In this document: piece by piece, positions 47,030 to 57,191 of the stretch
How the letters are laid out: each line of letters opens with the position of its first letter
How positions within the stretch are numbered: the stretch's first letter is position 1
Origin: a virus
DNA: 64,000 nucleotides
Strand: one strand, 5' to 3'
Virus record (IMG/VR): IMGVR_UViG_3300022839_000007
Span: 64,001-128,000 of that record
Position numbers and translations under genes: made by a program
Notes under the pieces: model-generated
Told to the model about the DNA's origin: nothing
Databases searched by the model: none
The model's input: the letters and a program-made list of their open reading frames with translations, nothing else

Positions 47030-47598
47030 GATATTTCCTTTGTTTGTTCCATACCGTTACGAACTGCATTATAAATTTGTATTGCATATTTTTTATTAGA
47101 AATACCTTGCTTAAATAATTCAAAGTTGCCAGCAAACGCTGCCTCTCGTAACTTACTTGCACTTATACCGTTAACTCCGGCAGCATCAGGATCTCGATCG
47201 CCGGCGCTAACTACAGTTATGTTATCAAAATGATATTCTTTACCATTGTATTTGTTAATTAGCTTAGTAAACTCGTCAATACGATCGCTGCCTGCAACAT
47301 ATACAATATTTTGATATCCAAGTGATTCGATGCGTTGCAATACTTGTATAATATTCTTAATATGTTTGTTACCAACAATGACATCAGGAAATAGCAGTTG
47401 AACAATTTCTAGCTTGTTGTCAAACTCTAGCGGGTCTGTTTTAGGATGATGACTGTGGCTTAAAAATAAGTAATAGTCGCCTTTTAGACTAGTAATTTTA
47501 TTTACTAGTTTTTTGTGTCCTAGAGTTGGAGGATTCATTCGTGCAAATGCAACAATTGCAGTATTACCAATTACTTTACACTTTTGGTTAATTATCAT
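47026..47598 (-). CDS. Nucleotidyltransferase (cytidylyltransferase-like)
   Basis: FARMNPPTLGH, AGSDR, ISASKLR. Confidence 0.8.
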   Translation of the reverse strand: MIINQKCKVIGNTAIVAFARMNPPTLGHKKLVNKITSLKGDYYLFLSHSHHPKTDPLEFDNKLEIVQLLFPDVIVGNKHIKNIIQVLQRIESLGYQNIVYVAGSDRIDEFTKLINKYNGKEYHFDNITVVSAGDRDPDAAGVNGISASKLREAAFAGNFELFKQGISNKKYAIQIYNAVRNGMEQTKEIS

Positions 47599-48182
47599 TA
47601 GTATTCGCCTTTACGAAGACTTTCTACTTCATTTGTTAATAATTTAGTAATGCATTGCATTTTTTCGCTGTCGGTTAACAATTCAGCTGGGCGTTTTTTA
47701 ATATTGAATTTCTTAATATATTGAATTATAGCTGTTTCAATAACAGGGAGCATACTTTTCTTATTATATTTTCCGCCCTTTTTAACAGACGCTTGTACAT
47801 CAATTAGTGCCGGATAAAGAGTTTTTCTATAAAATCCTGGATCTTGTTTCATAAAGATGCACAAGTCTTCAACTATATCGTATGGTAGTTGACTACCAAT
47901 TTTTAATTCCTGAACTTGATCTTGATCAAAAAATTCGTTTATTTTAGTAGTATTTCCAGAAATTTCAATTTCAAAATTATCGTACCCTTGCTCCATCATA
48001 TAATCTGCAAGACGAGATGAATACTCATCTGCTTCGTGATCTAATAAATTTCGCGGTAACGCAATTTCAACAACTAGCCGTCCGTTGCTGGTTTCTAGTA
48101 GCGTCTGATTAGGAAAAATTGATTCGTTTAGAAATGATACCGCTTTATGTTCATCTAATATTACTCTTGCAAAATGCTTCAT
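47598..48182 (-). CDS. Hypothetical protein
   Basis: 194-aa ORF with AAGGA SD. Confidence 0.7.
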   Translation of the reverse strand: MKHFARVILDEHKAVSFLNESIFPNQTLLETSNGRLVVEIALPRNLLDHEADEYSSRLADYMMEQGYDNFEIEISGNTTKINEFFDQDQVQELKIGSQLPYDIVEDLCIFMKQDPGFYRKTLYPALIDVQASVKKGGKYNKKSMLPVIETAIIQYIKKFNIKKRPAELLTDSEKMQCITKLLTNEVESLRKGEY

Positions 48183-48190
48183 ATAATTCC

Positions 48191-48553
48191 TTAATGATTT
48201 AACATTATACTATCAATGGATCCAGCAGTGTATAATACCATTGCTCTTATCCATACATAGTTACCTGTAAAGTTTTTTAAATGAGATCCACCGCTATTAT
48301 CAGTATCTGTTGCATCACTTATATGATTAGATACAGCTAAAGTAAACCAATCTTGTTCAGTTGGCACTGTTGCTAGAGATGCTTGTATCGAGGCAGTTCC
48401 TATAAAATTAGTTACGGTATATTGTACTGTGTGAAATCCGTCGCTTCTGCTATAAAACCCGTCGCCTTTGAACATGTTACCTATTACAGTAATTAATACA
48501 CCGTCTCCGGTATGTACATGATTTGATAAAATTATTTTACTTGTGCTTGACAT
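48191..48553 (-). CDS. Putative virion protein
   Basis: GDGFY..HTVQY..IQASL..NFTGNYVWIRA; late box upstream. Confidence 0.6.
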   Translation of the reverse strand: MSSTSKIILSNHVHTGDGVLITVIGNMFKGDGFYSRSDGFHTVQYTVTNFIGTASIQASLATVPTEQDWFTLAVSNHISDATDTDNSGGSHLKNFTGNYVWIRAMVLYTAGSIDSIMLNH

Positions 48554-48557
48554 ACAA

Positions 48558-49265
48558 CTATTTATCAATATCTTCTTTGTATACTAACTTGTCAATACGA
48601 CATATGTTACCGCCTATTATTAGTTGTAGTAACATAATGATATTCTCGTCTCTCACATACACATATTGTCCGTTAATCCATTTTGCACCTTCTTGCAAAT
48701 TTCTCATTAGGACATCGCCAACTTTAATTTTATCTCGGTTGTGTTTGATCCATTCTGCAAAAGAAGGACTAGCTGGCTTATTTCCAAATGATACTTTATA
48801 TGGATAATCAGTTGGACTGTTGACAACAATAACGTTCTTATTATTACTAAGAAAGTCAATGGTTCTTAGGTCAGGTTTCCATAACTCAATTATCTTGGTA
48901 TTTATTTTATTAATAATGTTTTCTAATGTAAAGAGATTATTTCCGTATATTGTTAATGAATCACGTTCGCATCGTAGCGAGAACTCGCTACGATTTACTA
49001 GGATTAATTCTTGATATATAGTAGTTGCATCCGAGAGGTCCTCGAGAGGTACAGTAACGTTGGCCCGGCTTCTTCTTATTACCGGTAATATCTTACGTTC
49101 AAGATTTTCGTTATAATATTCTAATCTCTCATTAACATAATCAAGGGTTGTTACTTTGCTTGATGTATTTCTAAAAATTATTGCTAGCTGATTCTTTAGC
49201 TTTAGTTTATACAAATATTTTCCGTAATGTAGAAACTTAGTTTCTCGCAGTTTTAATTTTGTCAT
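48558..49265 (-). CDS. Hypothetical phage protein
   Basis: 235-aa ORF following clpA. Confidence 0.7.
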   Translation of the reverse strand: MTKLKLRETKFLHYGKYLYKLKLKNQLAIIFRNTSSKVTTLDYVNERLEYYNENLERKILPVIRRSRANVTVPLEDLSDATTIYQELILVNRSEFSLRCERDSLTIYGNNLFTLENIINKINTKIIELWKPDLRTIDFLSNNKNVIVVNSPTDYPYKVSFGNKPASPSFAEWIKHNRDKIKVGDVLMRNLQEGAKWINGQYVYVRDENIIMLLQLIIGGNICRIDKLVYKEDIDK

Positions 49266-51486
49266 GTGTTACTTCTAATACAATTTCATTTTCTGATACG
49301 TTAATAACTACAGTACCTCCTAGCTTCAAGTCGCCAAACAGCATTGCTCTTGATAACGGACGTTTAATGTCGTTATCAATTACACGCTGCAATGGTCTAG
49401 CACCCATTTTATTATCAAACCCCTTTTCTACTAAATAGTCAAGTGCTTCGTCTGCAATGGAAATCTTAATTCCTTTGTCCTTAACTTGATCACGTAGTTC
49501 TGCAAGAAAGCTTCCTACAATTTTTAGCATTACTGGTTTGCTAAGTTTAGAAAACGTAACAATAGCATCTAATCTATTACGAAATTCCGGAGCAAAGAAC
49601 TTTTTAAGTTCTGTATCTGCGTAATCCTTGCTTGCACTTTCACCAAACCCAATTGTGTTCTTTTCAGAATCTCTTGCACCTAGATTTGTAGTAAGAATTA
49701 GTACACAGTTACGAGCATCTGCTTCTTTACCGTTTGATCCAGTTACCTTGCCGTTGTCCATTAATTGTAATAATATTGAACTTACATCAGGGTGTGCCTT
49801 TTCAATCTCGTCGAGCAGTAGTACACAATTAGGATTTTCTTGTAATTTGACTATTAGTTGTCCAGCATTGTCATCGAACCCGACATAGCCCGGAGGCGAC
49901 CCAATTAGCTTGGCTACAGAATGTTTTTCCATGTATTCAGACATATCAAATCGTACAAGCGGTACGCCCAGATGCTTTGCTAATTGCTTTGCTGCATGAG
50001 TCTTACCAACTCCGGTAGGCCCCATAAACACAAAACTTCCAATAGGCTTATTTGCACTTTTAAGTCCGGCTTGTGCAACTAGAACCTTATCTACAATTGC
50101 GTCAATTGCAGTGTCCTGTCCGTATACACTACCTTTAAGATTTTTCTCAAGACTAGCAAGATTTTCAGTTTCTTGTTCTGCAACTTGCTCTTGGGGGATC
50201 TTAATCATTCGAGATAATTCATACTGAATATTTTTTTCAGTAATAATCTTATCAGTTTCTTGATCGCGTACTTTAAATCGGCTACATGCAACATCAATAA
50301 GATCAATTGCTTTATCAGGAAGCTTTTTATCTGTCTGATACTTGATGCTAAGTTTTACCGCAGCCTCAATTGCAGAATCTTTTATCTCGACTGTGTGAAA
50401 GTCTTCGTAGTACTTTCGTATTCCGTACAGAATTTCTACAGTCATTGCAGCAGACGGTTCGTCGATAGTTACACGCTGGAATCTGCGCATCAGCGCTCGG
50501 TCTTTTTCAAAGAACTTACGGTACTCGTCCCACGTAGTAGCAGCTATTACTTTAATATTGCCTTTTGCAAGCGCAGGTTTAAGCATATTTGCAAGGTCAT
50601 TTGAACTATTTTGTCCGCCTGCTCCTGCACCGCTAATCATATGAGCTTCGTCGATGAACAGAATAGTCTTACCTTTGTTCTGTAACGCTTGCAATACCAG
50701 TTTGAATCTTTCTTCAAAGTCTCCACGGTATTTTGAACCAGCTAACATACTTCCGATATCCAACGAGTATACGGTATAGTCCTTAAGAAATGTAGGCACG
50801 TCGCCGTGTACAATTTTATAAGCAAGCCCTTCAACTACTGCGGTTTTGCCTACTCCTGGATCTCCTACCATCAGCGCATTACTTTTGCTACGTCTTCCTA
50901 ATGCAAGAGCCACCTGTTCAATCTCGTCATGGCGTCCAATTACTGGATCAATTTTGTTAAGAGAGGCGAGGTGATTGAGATCTTCGGTAAATGCGCGAAG
51001 TGCTTTATTTGCAGCACCGCCGTTCTCGGCTTCCTCTGGTTCTTGATTTAAATCCATTTCTGGGTGATGATATCGTGTGTATGTATCTTTATCAATTCCA
51101 GACTGCTGTGTTACAAAATAAGCATAACTACGTTTTTCATTGAGGATGCTTATTAGCACATCGCTTGTAGTAATTTGCTCTCTTCCTTGAAATAACACCT
51201 GTGCAAAAGCACGGTTAAGTACTCGTTCTACAGTTTGCGTTTTTTTAGGCTTATATTTTTCAAGATCTGTTTTAATATCATCACACTTGGTTTTAAGATA
51301 ATTATCAAGGGCGGATGTCATTAGTACAGGATCAATGCCGTAATCTGTGATATCTTTTACAAAGGTGTCTTCAAAAAGCATTGCATATAGCAAATGTTCA
51401 AGTGTTACATATTCGTGTTGTAATTTTTTGGCATTATTAACTGCTTTATCAAAGACTGATTGCAGTTCTGTACTAGGTTCTACCAT
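49237..51486 (-). CDS. clpA: ATP-dependent Clp protease ATP-binding subunit ClpA
   Basis: HEYVTLEHLL N-domain; two AAA modules (GDPGVGKT, GPTGVGKT); IGF loop; MGARPL. Confidence 0.92.
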   Translation of the reverse strand: MVEPSTELQSVFDKAVNNAKKLQHEYVTLEHLLYAMLFEDTFVKDITDYGIDPVLMTSALDNYLKTKCDDIKTDLEKYKPKKTQTVERVLNRAFAQVLFQGREQITTSDVLISILNEKRSYAYFVTQQSGIDKDTYTRYHHPEMDLNQEPEEAENGGAANKALRAFTEDLNHLASLNKIDPVIGRHDEIEQVALALGRRSKSNALMVGDPGVGKTAVVEGLAYKIVHGDVPTFLKDYTVYSLDIGSMLAGSKYRGDFEERFKLVLQALQNKGKTILFIDEAHMISGAGAGGQNSSNDLANMLKPALAKGNIKVIAATTWDEYRKFFEKDRALMRRFQRVTIDEPSAAMTVEILYGIRKYYEDFHTVEIKDSAIEAAVKLSIKYQTDKKLPDKAIDLIDVACSRFKVRDQETDKIITEKNIQYELSRMIKIPQEQVAEQETENLASLEKNLKGSVYGQDTAIDAIVDKVLVAQAGLKSANKPIGSFVFMGPTGVGKTHAAKQLAKHLGVPLVRFDMSEYMEKHSVAKLIGSPPGYVGFDDNAGQLIVKLQENPNCVLLLDEIEKAHPDVSSILLQLMDNGKVTGSNGKEADARNCVLILTTNLGARDSEKNTIGFGESASKDYADTELKKFFAPEFRNRLDAIVTFSKLSKPVMLKIVGSFLAELRDQVKDKGIKISIADEALDYLVEKGFDNKMGARPLQRVIDNDIKRPLSRAMLFGDLKLGGTVVINVSENEIVLEVTHDKIKTARN

Positions 51487-52006
51487 ATTTAATCCTTTTT
51501 GTTCGGGCTGTTTGTGCTGTTTGTGCTATTTTTAACTTTAGTTTACTGACTCGATCAACAAATTGTATGCCCTGAAGGTGATCGTATTCATGTAAAAAGC
51601 AACGAGCGTCGATGTCGTCATACGTTGCATCTACACTTATAACACTATTATAGTCACTTGTCAACGTATCAAATTCCACATTGATGCTATTTGGACGTTT
51701 TATACTTAGAAATAAATCAGTATGACTAAGGCACCCCTCAGGGCCTAATTCTATTTGTTTGCTAACACTTTTAACAACAGGATTTATTACAACTGTGACA
51801 TTTCCGTACTGTTTGTTTAATACGGTTCTCATAACAAATATCTGATACGGAAGCCCTACTTGATTTGCGCTTAATCCTAGACCGCCTAATTCATGCATTA
51901 AGTTTGTCATCTGTAGGGCAATACTTGCTATGTCAACTTGAGTAGTGTCTACACGCGGCAGAGCAGTTGCAAGTAATATATTAGGCGATTTTATTAATGT
52001 CATCAT
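51473..52006 (-). CDS. def: Peptide deformylase
   Basis: GLGLSANQVG, EGCLS, HEYDHLQG. Confidence 0.95.
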   Translation of the reverse strand: MMTLIKSPNILLATALPRVDTTQVDIASIALQMTNLMHELGGLGLSANQVGLPYQIFVMRTVLNKQYGNVTVVINPVVKSVSKQIELGPEGCLSHTDLFLSIKRPNSINVEFDTLTSDYNSVISVDATYDDIDARCFLHEYDHLQGIQFVDRVSKLKLKIAQTAQTARTKRIKYGRT

Positions 52007-52772
52007 TAATAGATTGTATCCTTGTTAACAAGTCGTTATCGGTAATAATAGGAGTGATACATTTAATTTTTACATACAAGTTACCAAATTTACCAGACCT
52101 CGGATCTAAAAGACCGTACCCGGCAATATTTAATATTGTATCGGCTTGCGTACTCTTAGGTATGTTAACACGAAGGACGCCGGATGTCAACTGGTCTATG
52201 TTAACTACAGTTCCTAAAATTAAATCAAACATTTTTAAATTAATAGTAGTTACTAAATGAATACCGTCTCGTTTAAATATAGGATGATCAACAACTTTTA
52301 CATGTACTAACAAATTACCCGGTGTTTGCTGGGCATAGTGGTTGTCTCCAAGCCCTCTAAACTTTAAAACTTCGCCGTGTAATACTCCGGCATGTATTTT
52401 TATATTTGCAGTAGCTATATTGTTACTTCTCATAGCATACGAAACTGTAATATCTTTTCCGTTGGCAACATCCTCTAGAGTTATTACAACTTGCAATCTA
52501 ACATCTGCGTTACGCTGTCGCGGATCGCTTCCAAAGAATTGGGAAAATATGTCTTCAAATTGTGTATCTGAAGAAATTGGTTTGCTAACCTGATCGTATT
52601 TGGCCCGTGTTTCTGGATTTTTTAATATCTGATAAGCTTCGTTAATACTTGAAAATACATTCTTCTCGCCCCCTTTATCGGGGTGATGCATCTTAGCTAA
52701 AGACTTGTAGGCTTGTCTAATTTCGTGCTGAGTTGCAGTGCTTGATATTCCTAAAGTCGTATAATGTTTCAT
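51981..52772 (-). CDS. DnaJ-class chaperone without zinc finger
   Basis: J domain HHPDKGG; C-terminal DnaJ domain. Confidence 0.9.
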   Translation of the reverse strand: MKHYTTLGISSTATQHEIRQAYKSLAKMHHPDKGGEKNVFSSINEAYQILKNPETRAKYDQVSKPISSDTQFEDIFSQFFGSDPRQRNADVRLQVVITLEDVANGKDITVSYAMRSNNIATANIKIHAGVLHGEVLKFRGLGDNHYAQQTPGNLLVHVKVVDHPIFKRDGIHLVTTINLKMFDLILGTVVNIDQLTSGVLRVNIPKSTQADTILNIAGYGLLDPRSGKFGNLYVKIKCITPIITDNDLLTRIQSINDDINKIA

Positions 52773-52805
52773 ACAACTATTTATTTTTTCAACTAGTGCA
52801 ATTTC

Positions 52806-53114
52806 TTATTCGTGATTGTCTTTATTTTCATATGCAGTTTTTCCGTAGAACCCTATCACTATTGCAGCAACTGATACAAAATATGTAGGAGCCATATCTC
52901 CTAGTATAATTGCAGCCTGGTCGAGTTTGACCAAAAATGCCAATACAATAGCAGCTGGGTATAATAACATACCAAACAACGCAAACCATGCCATTCTTCG
53001 TTGGGCATCTTCCCGTTTATCTTGATTTTCAATACGAAGCATAATTTCTTTTGTTGATAACTCTTCTCCTGTTATTATATTTTCCTGAATTTCTGTTGAT
53101 TTGTATTTGGCCAC
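52806..53114 (-). CDS. Putative holin / 2-TM membrane protein
   Basis: Two hydrophobic helices, directly downstream of the spanins. Confidence 0.5.
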   Translation of the reverse strand: MAKYKSTEIQENIITGEELSTKEIMLRIENQDKREDAQRRMAWFALFGMLLYPAAIVLAFLVKLDQAAIILGDMAPTYFVSVAAIVIGFYGKTAYENKDNHE

Positions 53115-53195
53115 TTCTAATCTCCCTCTAGGTTGGCGTTACATATATTATTAGAATATTTTCTCCTTATTAACAGTAGCCCTTACTGTTTTATT

Positions 53196-53546
53196 TTAGT
53201 TAGTTAATGTTACTGCGTCTTCGTAATATACAATGATGTTGCCCTGTTGGTTAATATATCGTCGAAGTTCGGCAATATTAAGACTTAGGGTTTCGTAATC
53301 TTTTACACTAATAGCAATATACACTAATTCACCATTTTTACTAGCAAACTCTTTGGCAAATTCTTCAAAGTTGTCAACTGTAACTACATAAACTTTTATA
53401 TCATTTAATTGCACTGGTTTAGGTAACGCTACTCTAGGAACTTCGATCTTTACTGTATTTGTTACAGTTTTAATTTCCGGAGGATTACCGCAACTTACCA
53501 GGAATAGTGTCGTTAGTAATATCGTTCCAAACTTTGTTAGTCGCAT
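53196..53546 (-). CDS. o-spanin (lipoprotein)
   Basis: Signal peptide with lipobox LVSC; overlaps the i-spanin 3' end. Confidence 0.75.
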   Translation of the reverse strand: MRLTKFGTILLTTLFLVSCGNPPEIKTVTNTVKIEVPRVALPKPVQLNDIKVYVVTVDNFEEFAKEFASKNGELVYIAISVKDYETLSLNIAELRRYINQQGNIIVYYEDAVTLTN

Positions 53547-53874
53547 CTTGAATCCTTTTCTGAATTAATCCGGGTTTTTCACGAGACAATTTTGTTAAAT
53601 TGTGTTTTTGCAATACTGATCTCAGTTCGTCGCCGTATAACTCTGCTTTTTGCAAGTCAGTTTGCAGTTTTAAGTTAAGTTTGGCATTGCGTATTGCATC
53701 TTGTCTCAGCAACTTAACGCTAGCCTCTGACGTTTGTACTGCTACCTTTAAAACTGCATTATTAGTTTGCAACAATTCTATTCTATTCTGGCTGTGATTA
53801 TAGTACCAATATCCTACGCCGCTAACTGCCAGTAATATCACTAAAAAAATTCCACTTAGCTTTAAACTAGTCAT
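53485..53874 (-). CDS. i-spanin
   Basis: N-terminal TM helix plus coiled coil; follows the endolysin. Confidence 0.75.
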   Translation of the reverse strand: MTSLKLSGIFLVILLAVSGVGYWYYNHSQNRIELLQTNNAVLKVAVQTSEASVKLLRQDAIRNAKLNLKLQTDLQKAELYGDELRSVLQKHNLTKLSREKPGLIQKRIQDATNKVWNDITNDTIPGKLR

Positions 53875-54742
53875 CTAATAACTTTCCAAGAGTATTTGGA
53901 CCAGCGATTCCGTCGGCTACTAACTTATTAGCAGTTTGCCACTCTATTAATTTACGTTCAGTTCCTGGACCAAATACTCCGTCGGCGGTAATTTTTAATG
54001 CAGTTTGCATTATTTTAACTCCGTTACCACGCGATCCACGTCGTAATACACTAATTTCAGTTAAATCAACTTCGTCGTCGATATCAGTAACATCGGGTAA
54101 TATTACAGTGGTTCCTAAAATTTTCATAGCATCGGTGTAACGATTCTGTCGATCTCTAAGCCCAATGTTACCGCCGTTAATGCGTTTGGTTATTCTTGCA
54201 ACATCGTCGTTATCAGAAATTGCATTCAAATTATTTTTGCTCCAAAACCAACATGCACTTTCCACAGCGCCCTTTTCCGTAGATACATAGTTTGCAGCCT
54301 GTTCTGCACTCATTCCAATAGTTTTTCCAAAAGCAGTGTAATTATCGCGACCGGTTAACTGTTTTAATCCACGTCCTCGAAATAACCAGCCATCGCCTGT
54401 TTGTACATTGCCCATCTTGTTTATTCGAAATTTATCCATATATACATAGTTTGCAATTTTCTCAGGTTTGCGAGCATAAGTTTTTGCATTTCGCTTTGGA
54501 GGAGATCCAAAATAACGTCCAAATACTGCATCTAATGATTTACTACTATAATTAAGATTTTCTACTAGACTACGAAAATTGTTTGATTCATGGGCGCATT
54601 GACTAAGAAAATGAGCTACACGTCTTTGGGTTGTAATGCCGTATTTTGGCAATACATCTACTAGCGCAGTATGCCATGCTTCAACTGCAAGATTTCCTGG
54701 AATAATTGCAGCAAGTTGAGACTTTGTTAATTTAAAACTCAT
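53867..54742 (-). CDS. Endolysin, GH19 domain + peptidoglycan-binding domain
   Basis: QCAHES..ENLNYS, FRGRGLKQLTG, INGG; C-terminal ADGVFGPGT/ADGIAGP. Confidence 0.9.
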   Translation of the reverse strand: MSFKLTKSQLAAIIPGNLAVEAWHTALVDVLPKYGITTQRRVAHFLSQCAHESNNFRSLVENLNYSSKSLDAVFGRYFGSPPKRNAKTYARKPEKIANYVYMDKFRINKMGNVQTGDGWLFRGRGLKQLTGRDNYTAFGKTIGMSAEQAANYVSTEKGAVESACWFWSKNNLNAISDNDDVARITKRINGGNIGLRDRQNRYTDAMKILGTTVILPDVTDIDDEVDLTEISVLRRGSRGNGVKIMQTALKITADGVFGPGTERKLIEWQTANKLVADGIAGPNTLGKLLDD

Positions 54743-54751
54743 AATGTTCAC

Positions 54752-55474
54752 CTATCTTAGTCGCTCTAATACAAGCATATGCCCGGCATTTTCAAATGTT
54801 AATGTATTTTTTCCAAATTTAGTAACATTATAATCGCCGATATATTTAGTTAAAAATATTATTTCCGCAAAATCGTTCATGTTAATCTTGTCGGTAATAC
54901 TTTCTAACATACTTTCAGTGGTTCCGAAGTCTTTAACTTTAAATCCTACCGGATCTCCCCATATACGTTTAATAGTTAGTTCTTGATTTTCTTCTAACTC
55001 GATCTCTTCTAAGAAACTTCGATTAAAAAAGTTCTTAAAGTTATTCATGTTAGATTCGGTAACAGTAATATTATACGAATTGTTATCCAACGGAATTGAT
55101 ACAGTTAGTGTTTCTTTATTAACTGGATAGCTTTTAAATCCTTTATAATATCGAAATCTAAAATTATTGCGACTTGTTAATTTTTCAACACCGTTGATAA
55201 TTTCCATAATTTGATCAGGGACATTGTTGTCTCGTTCGAGTTCAACAAACACTCGATACATTCCGTCTTCCTGCTCGCCGCTACTAATGTCAGCATCTAG
55301 AACAAAATGATATCCACGTTCAATGAACTCCACAAGATCAGTAGCTGCGGCCTTTTCACTAACAGTAAAACTTAAAACAACAATGTCGCTGTCGTTTCCC
55401 ATCTTACTTTTAAAGCTATCTATCTCAAATACCTTGTTAACTAGGTTAATTAAATCGCCTGCTTTTAGTCCCAT
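54752..55474 (-). CDS. Conserved hypothetical phage protein
   Basis: IDSFKSKMG..DLVEFIERGY..VFVELER. Confidence 0.75.
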   Translation of the reverse strand: MGLKAGDLINLVNKVFEIDSFKSKMGNDSDIVVLSFTVSEKAAATDLVEFIERGYHFVLDADISSGEQEDGMYRVFVELERDNNVPDQIMEIINGVEKLTSRNNFRFRYYKGFKSYPVNKETLTVSIPLDNNSYNITVTESNMNNFKNFFNRSFLEEIELEENQELTIKRIWGDPVGFKVKDFGTTESMLESITDKINMNDFAEIIFLTKYIGDYNVTKFGKNTLTFENAGHMLVLERLR

Positions 55475-56001
55475 TATACTTGTCCTCCGTCTTGGATCGA
55501 CTGGTCCGGTGCAGCCCCGTCGGTGATAGTATCTTGTACGTCTATTGCACTTGCAGTTTCGTCTACTTCCAACTCTGCGAGTTCAGATTGATAAAGATCT
55601 GCAAGTAATTTTTTTGGTAATTGAATTTCGACTATCCATATTGGTTTGCGATCTAGTTTTCCTTTTTTTGTACCAGTTCGCATATCATCTGGATTCATAA
55701 TCTTTCTTGGTTTTACTACATAACTTTTTTTATAACTTACTTTACAGTCATAATCAAGTAACCGTTTACCTCCCATAGGGTCTGGCATTTTGCTATATGG
55801 CCAAAATAGCTTAATACTAACCCAATGTCTGCTAATGTTTGGTCCGGATGCTAGCTCTCCGTCTTCCCAATTCTTATAAACGTATAAGTCGAGCTCGTCT
55901 AATACTCGTTCTACATCTTTTAATACGTTAAACGCAGTATTACTATCGTACATATTTTCGATATTTTTGATAACATCGATCTCGTCGAGAATGTTGGCCA
56001 T
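55474..56001 (-). CDS. Conserved hypothetical phage protein
   Basis: ERVLDELDLYVYKNW..MPDP.GG.RL; GATAAATA at 56027-56034. Confidence 0.75.
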   Translation of the reverse strand: MANILDEIDVIKNIENMYDSNTAFNVLKDVERVLDELDLYVYKNWEDGELASGPNISRHWVSIKLFWPYSKMPDPMGGKRLLDYDCKVSYKKSYVVKPRKIMNPDDMRTGTKKGKLDRKPIWIVEIQLPKKLLADLYQSELAELEVDETASAIDVQDTITDGAAPDQSIQDGGQV

Positions 56002-56026
56002 AATGTTTCCTATTAGTTTACACACT

Positions 56027-56084
56027 TATTTATCGTATTATACCATCAGTATAAAAGTTTTAACAACTAGTATGATGATAAATA
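56027..56084. promoter_or_regulatory. Divergent late-type promoters
   Basis: GATAAATA on minus (56027-56034) and plus (56077-56084). Confidence 0.6.
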
Positions 56085-56147
56085 CTTTGCAGGTTAAAGT
56101 TTCCTGTAAAGAAACACTAATCTGTCATCCATTCATAGGAGGACTTA

Positions 56148-56879
56148 ATGGGTAAAGCTAGAGCCGCAAAACGGCAAGCATATGTTAAATCGAGTAACAA
56201 CAATACAAATGTTGTTAAACTAACTACATTCCTTCCAAAGAAGGCTAGAACAGTCGACTTACTTCCAAGAAATAAAAGTCAAGAAACTTACGTATTAGCA
56301 CTGACTGCACCGGAGAAAGACATTGTCTTTGGCATAGGTCCAGCAGGAACTGGTAAAACCATGTTGGCATGCCAGGCAGCAGTAAAGGCATTCTTAGCAG
56401 GCGAAGTTGATAAAATTATAGTTACACGTCCGGCAGTTAGCACCGACGAGGATTTAGGATTCTTACCAGGCACACTAGAAGAAAAAATGGCACCGTGGTG
56501 TCGTCCACTTTTTGATGTATTTCAAGAATACTTTTATGCTAGTGAACTTAAAACAATGATGGAAGAAAAGGTACTTGAAATTTCGCCATTAGGTTATATG
56601 AGAGGAAGAACTTTTAAAAATGCATTTATAATTGCAGATGAATGTCAGTTAACTACTCCGGGACAAATGAAGATGTTGCTTACTCGATTAGGAGTAGGTA
56701 GTAAAATGATTATTACTGGGGATTTGAAACAAGCTGATCGAGGAAGTGATAACGGATTGCTAGAATTTCTAGACAAGTTTGATCACAGTAATCGTATTCA
56801 GATTGTAAAGTTTAACACCAAGGATGTAGAAAGACATCCGGTAGTTAAAGAGATACTTCGAATTTACGGAGACGAATAG
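56148..56879 (+). CDS. phoH: PhoH-like ATPase
   Basis: GPAGTGKT, LGFLPG, YMRGRT, DECQ, TGD..QAD, RHP. Confidence 0.95.
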   Translation: MGKARAAKRQAYVKSSNNNTNVVKLTTFLPKKARTVDLLPRNKSQETYVLALTAPEKDIVFGIGPAGTGKTMLACQAAVKAFLAGEVDKIIVTRPAVSTDEDLGFLPGTLEEKMAPWCRPLFDVFQEYFYASELKTMMEEKVLEISPLGYMRGRTFKNAFIIADECQLTTPGQMKMLLTRLGVGSKMIITGDLKQADRGSDNGLLEFLDKFDHSNRIQIVKFNTKDVERHPVVKEILRIYGDE

Positions 56880-56899
56880 TTACTATCTGTGTTAGTAAT

Positions 56900-56926
56900 G
56901 GTTGATGGAGCATTGCTCCATCAACC
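56900..56926. terminator. Hairpin between convergent genes
   Basis: GGTTGATGGAGCA-T-TGCTCCATCAACC. Confidence 0.7.
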
Positions 56927-56957
56927 GCGTATTACTTATATAAAGAGGATGCCATTA

Positions 56958-57188
56958 TCATGTTTTCCTCATTAAATAAAGTAGATACTCGTTATTAGAT
57001 AATAAAACAGTCCAACTTGTTTTATTAATTGGCGGCTTTCCTGATTCGTCATAAAAAATTTGTATAACATGATAGCTAGTTGCCCATATTAATTTATTAT
57101 TAATAGTGCTACGTACTGGCCACCACGCAAAATGCCGTTTATGACATTCTTGGTTGCGTAATTTATTTCCAACAGAATAGCTAGGCAA
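56958..57188 (-). CDS. Hypothetical protein
   Basis: FAWWPV..IW motif. Confidence 0.6.
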   Translation of the reverse strand: MPSYSVGNKLRNQECHKRHFAWWPVRSTINNKLIWATSYHVIQIFYDESGKPPINKTSWTVLLSNNEYLLYLMRKT

Positions 57189-57191
57189 TTA

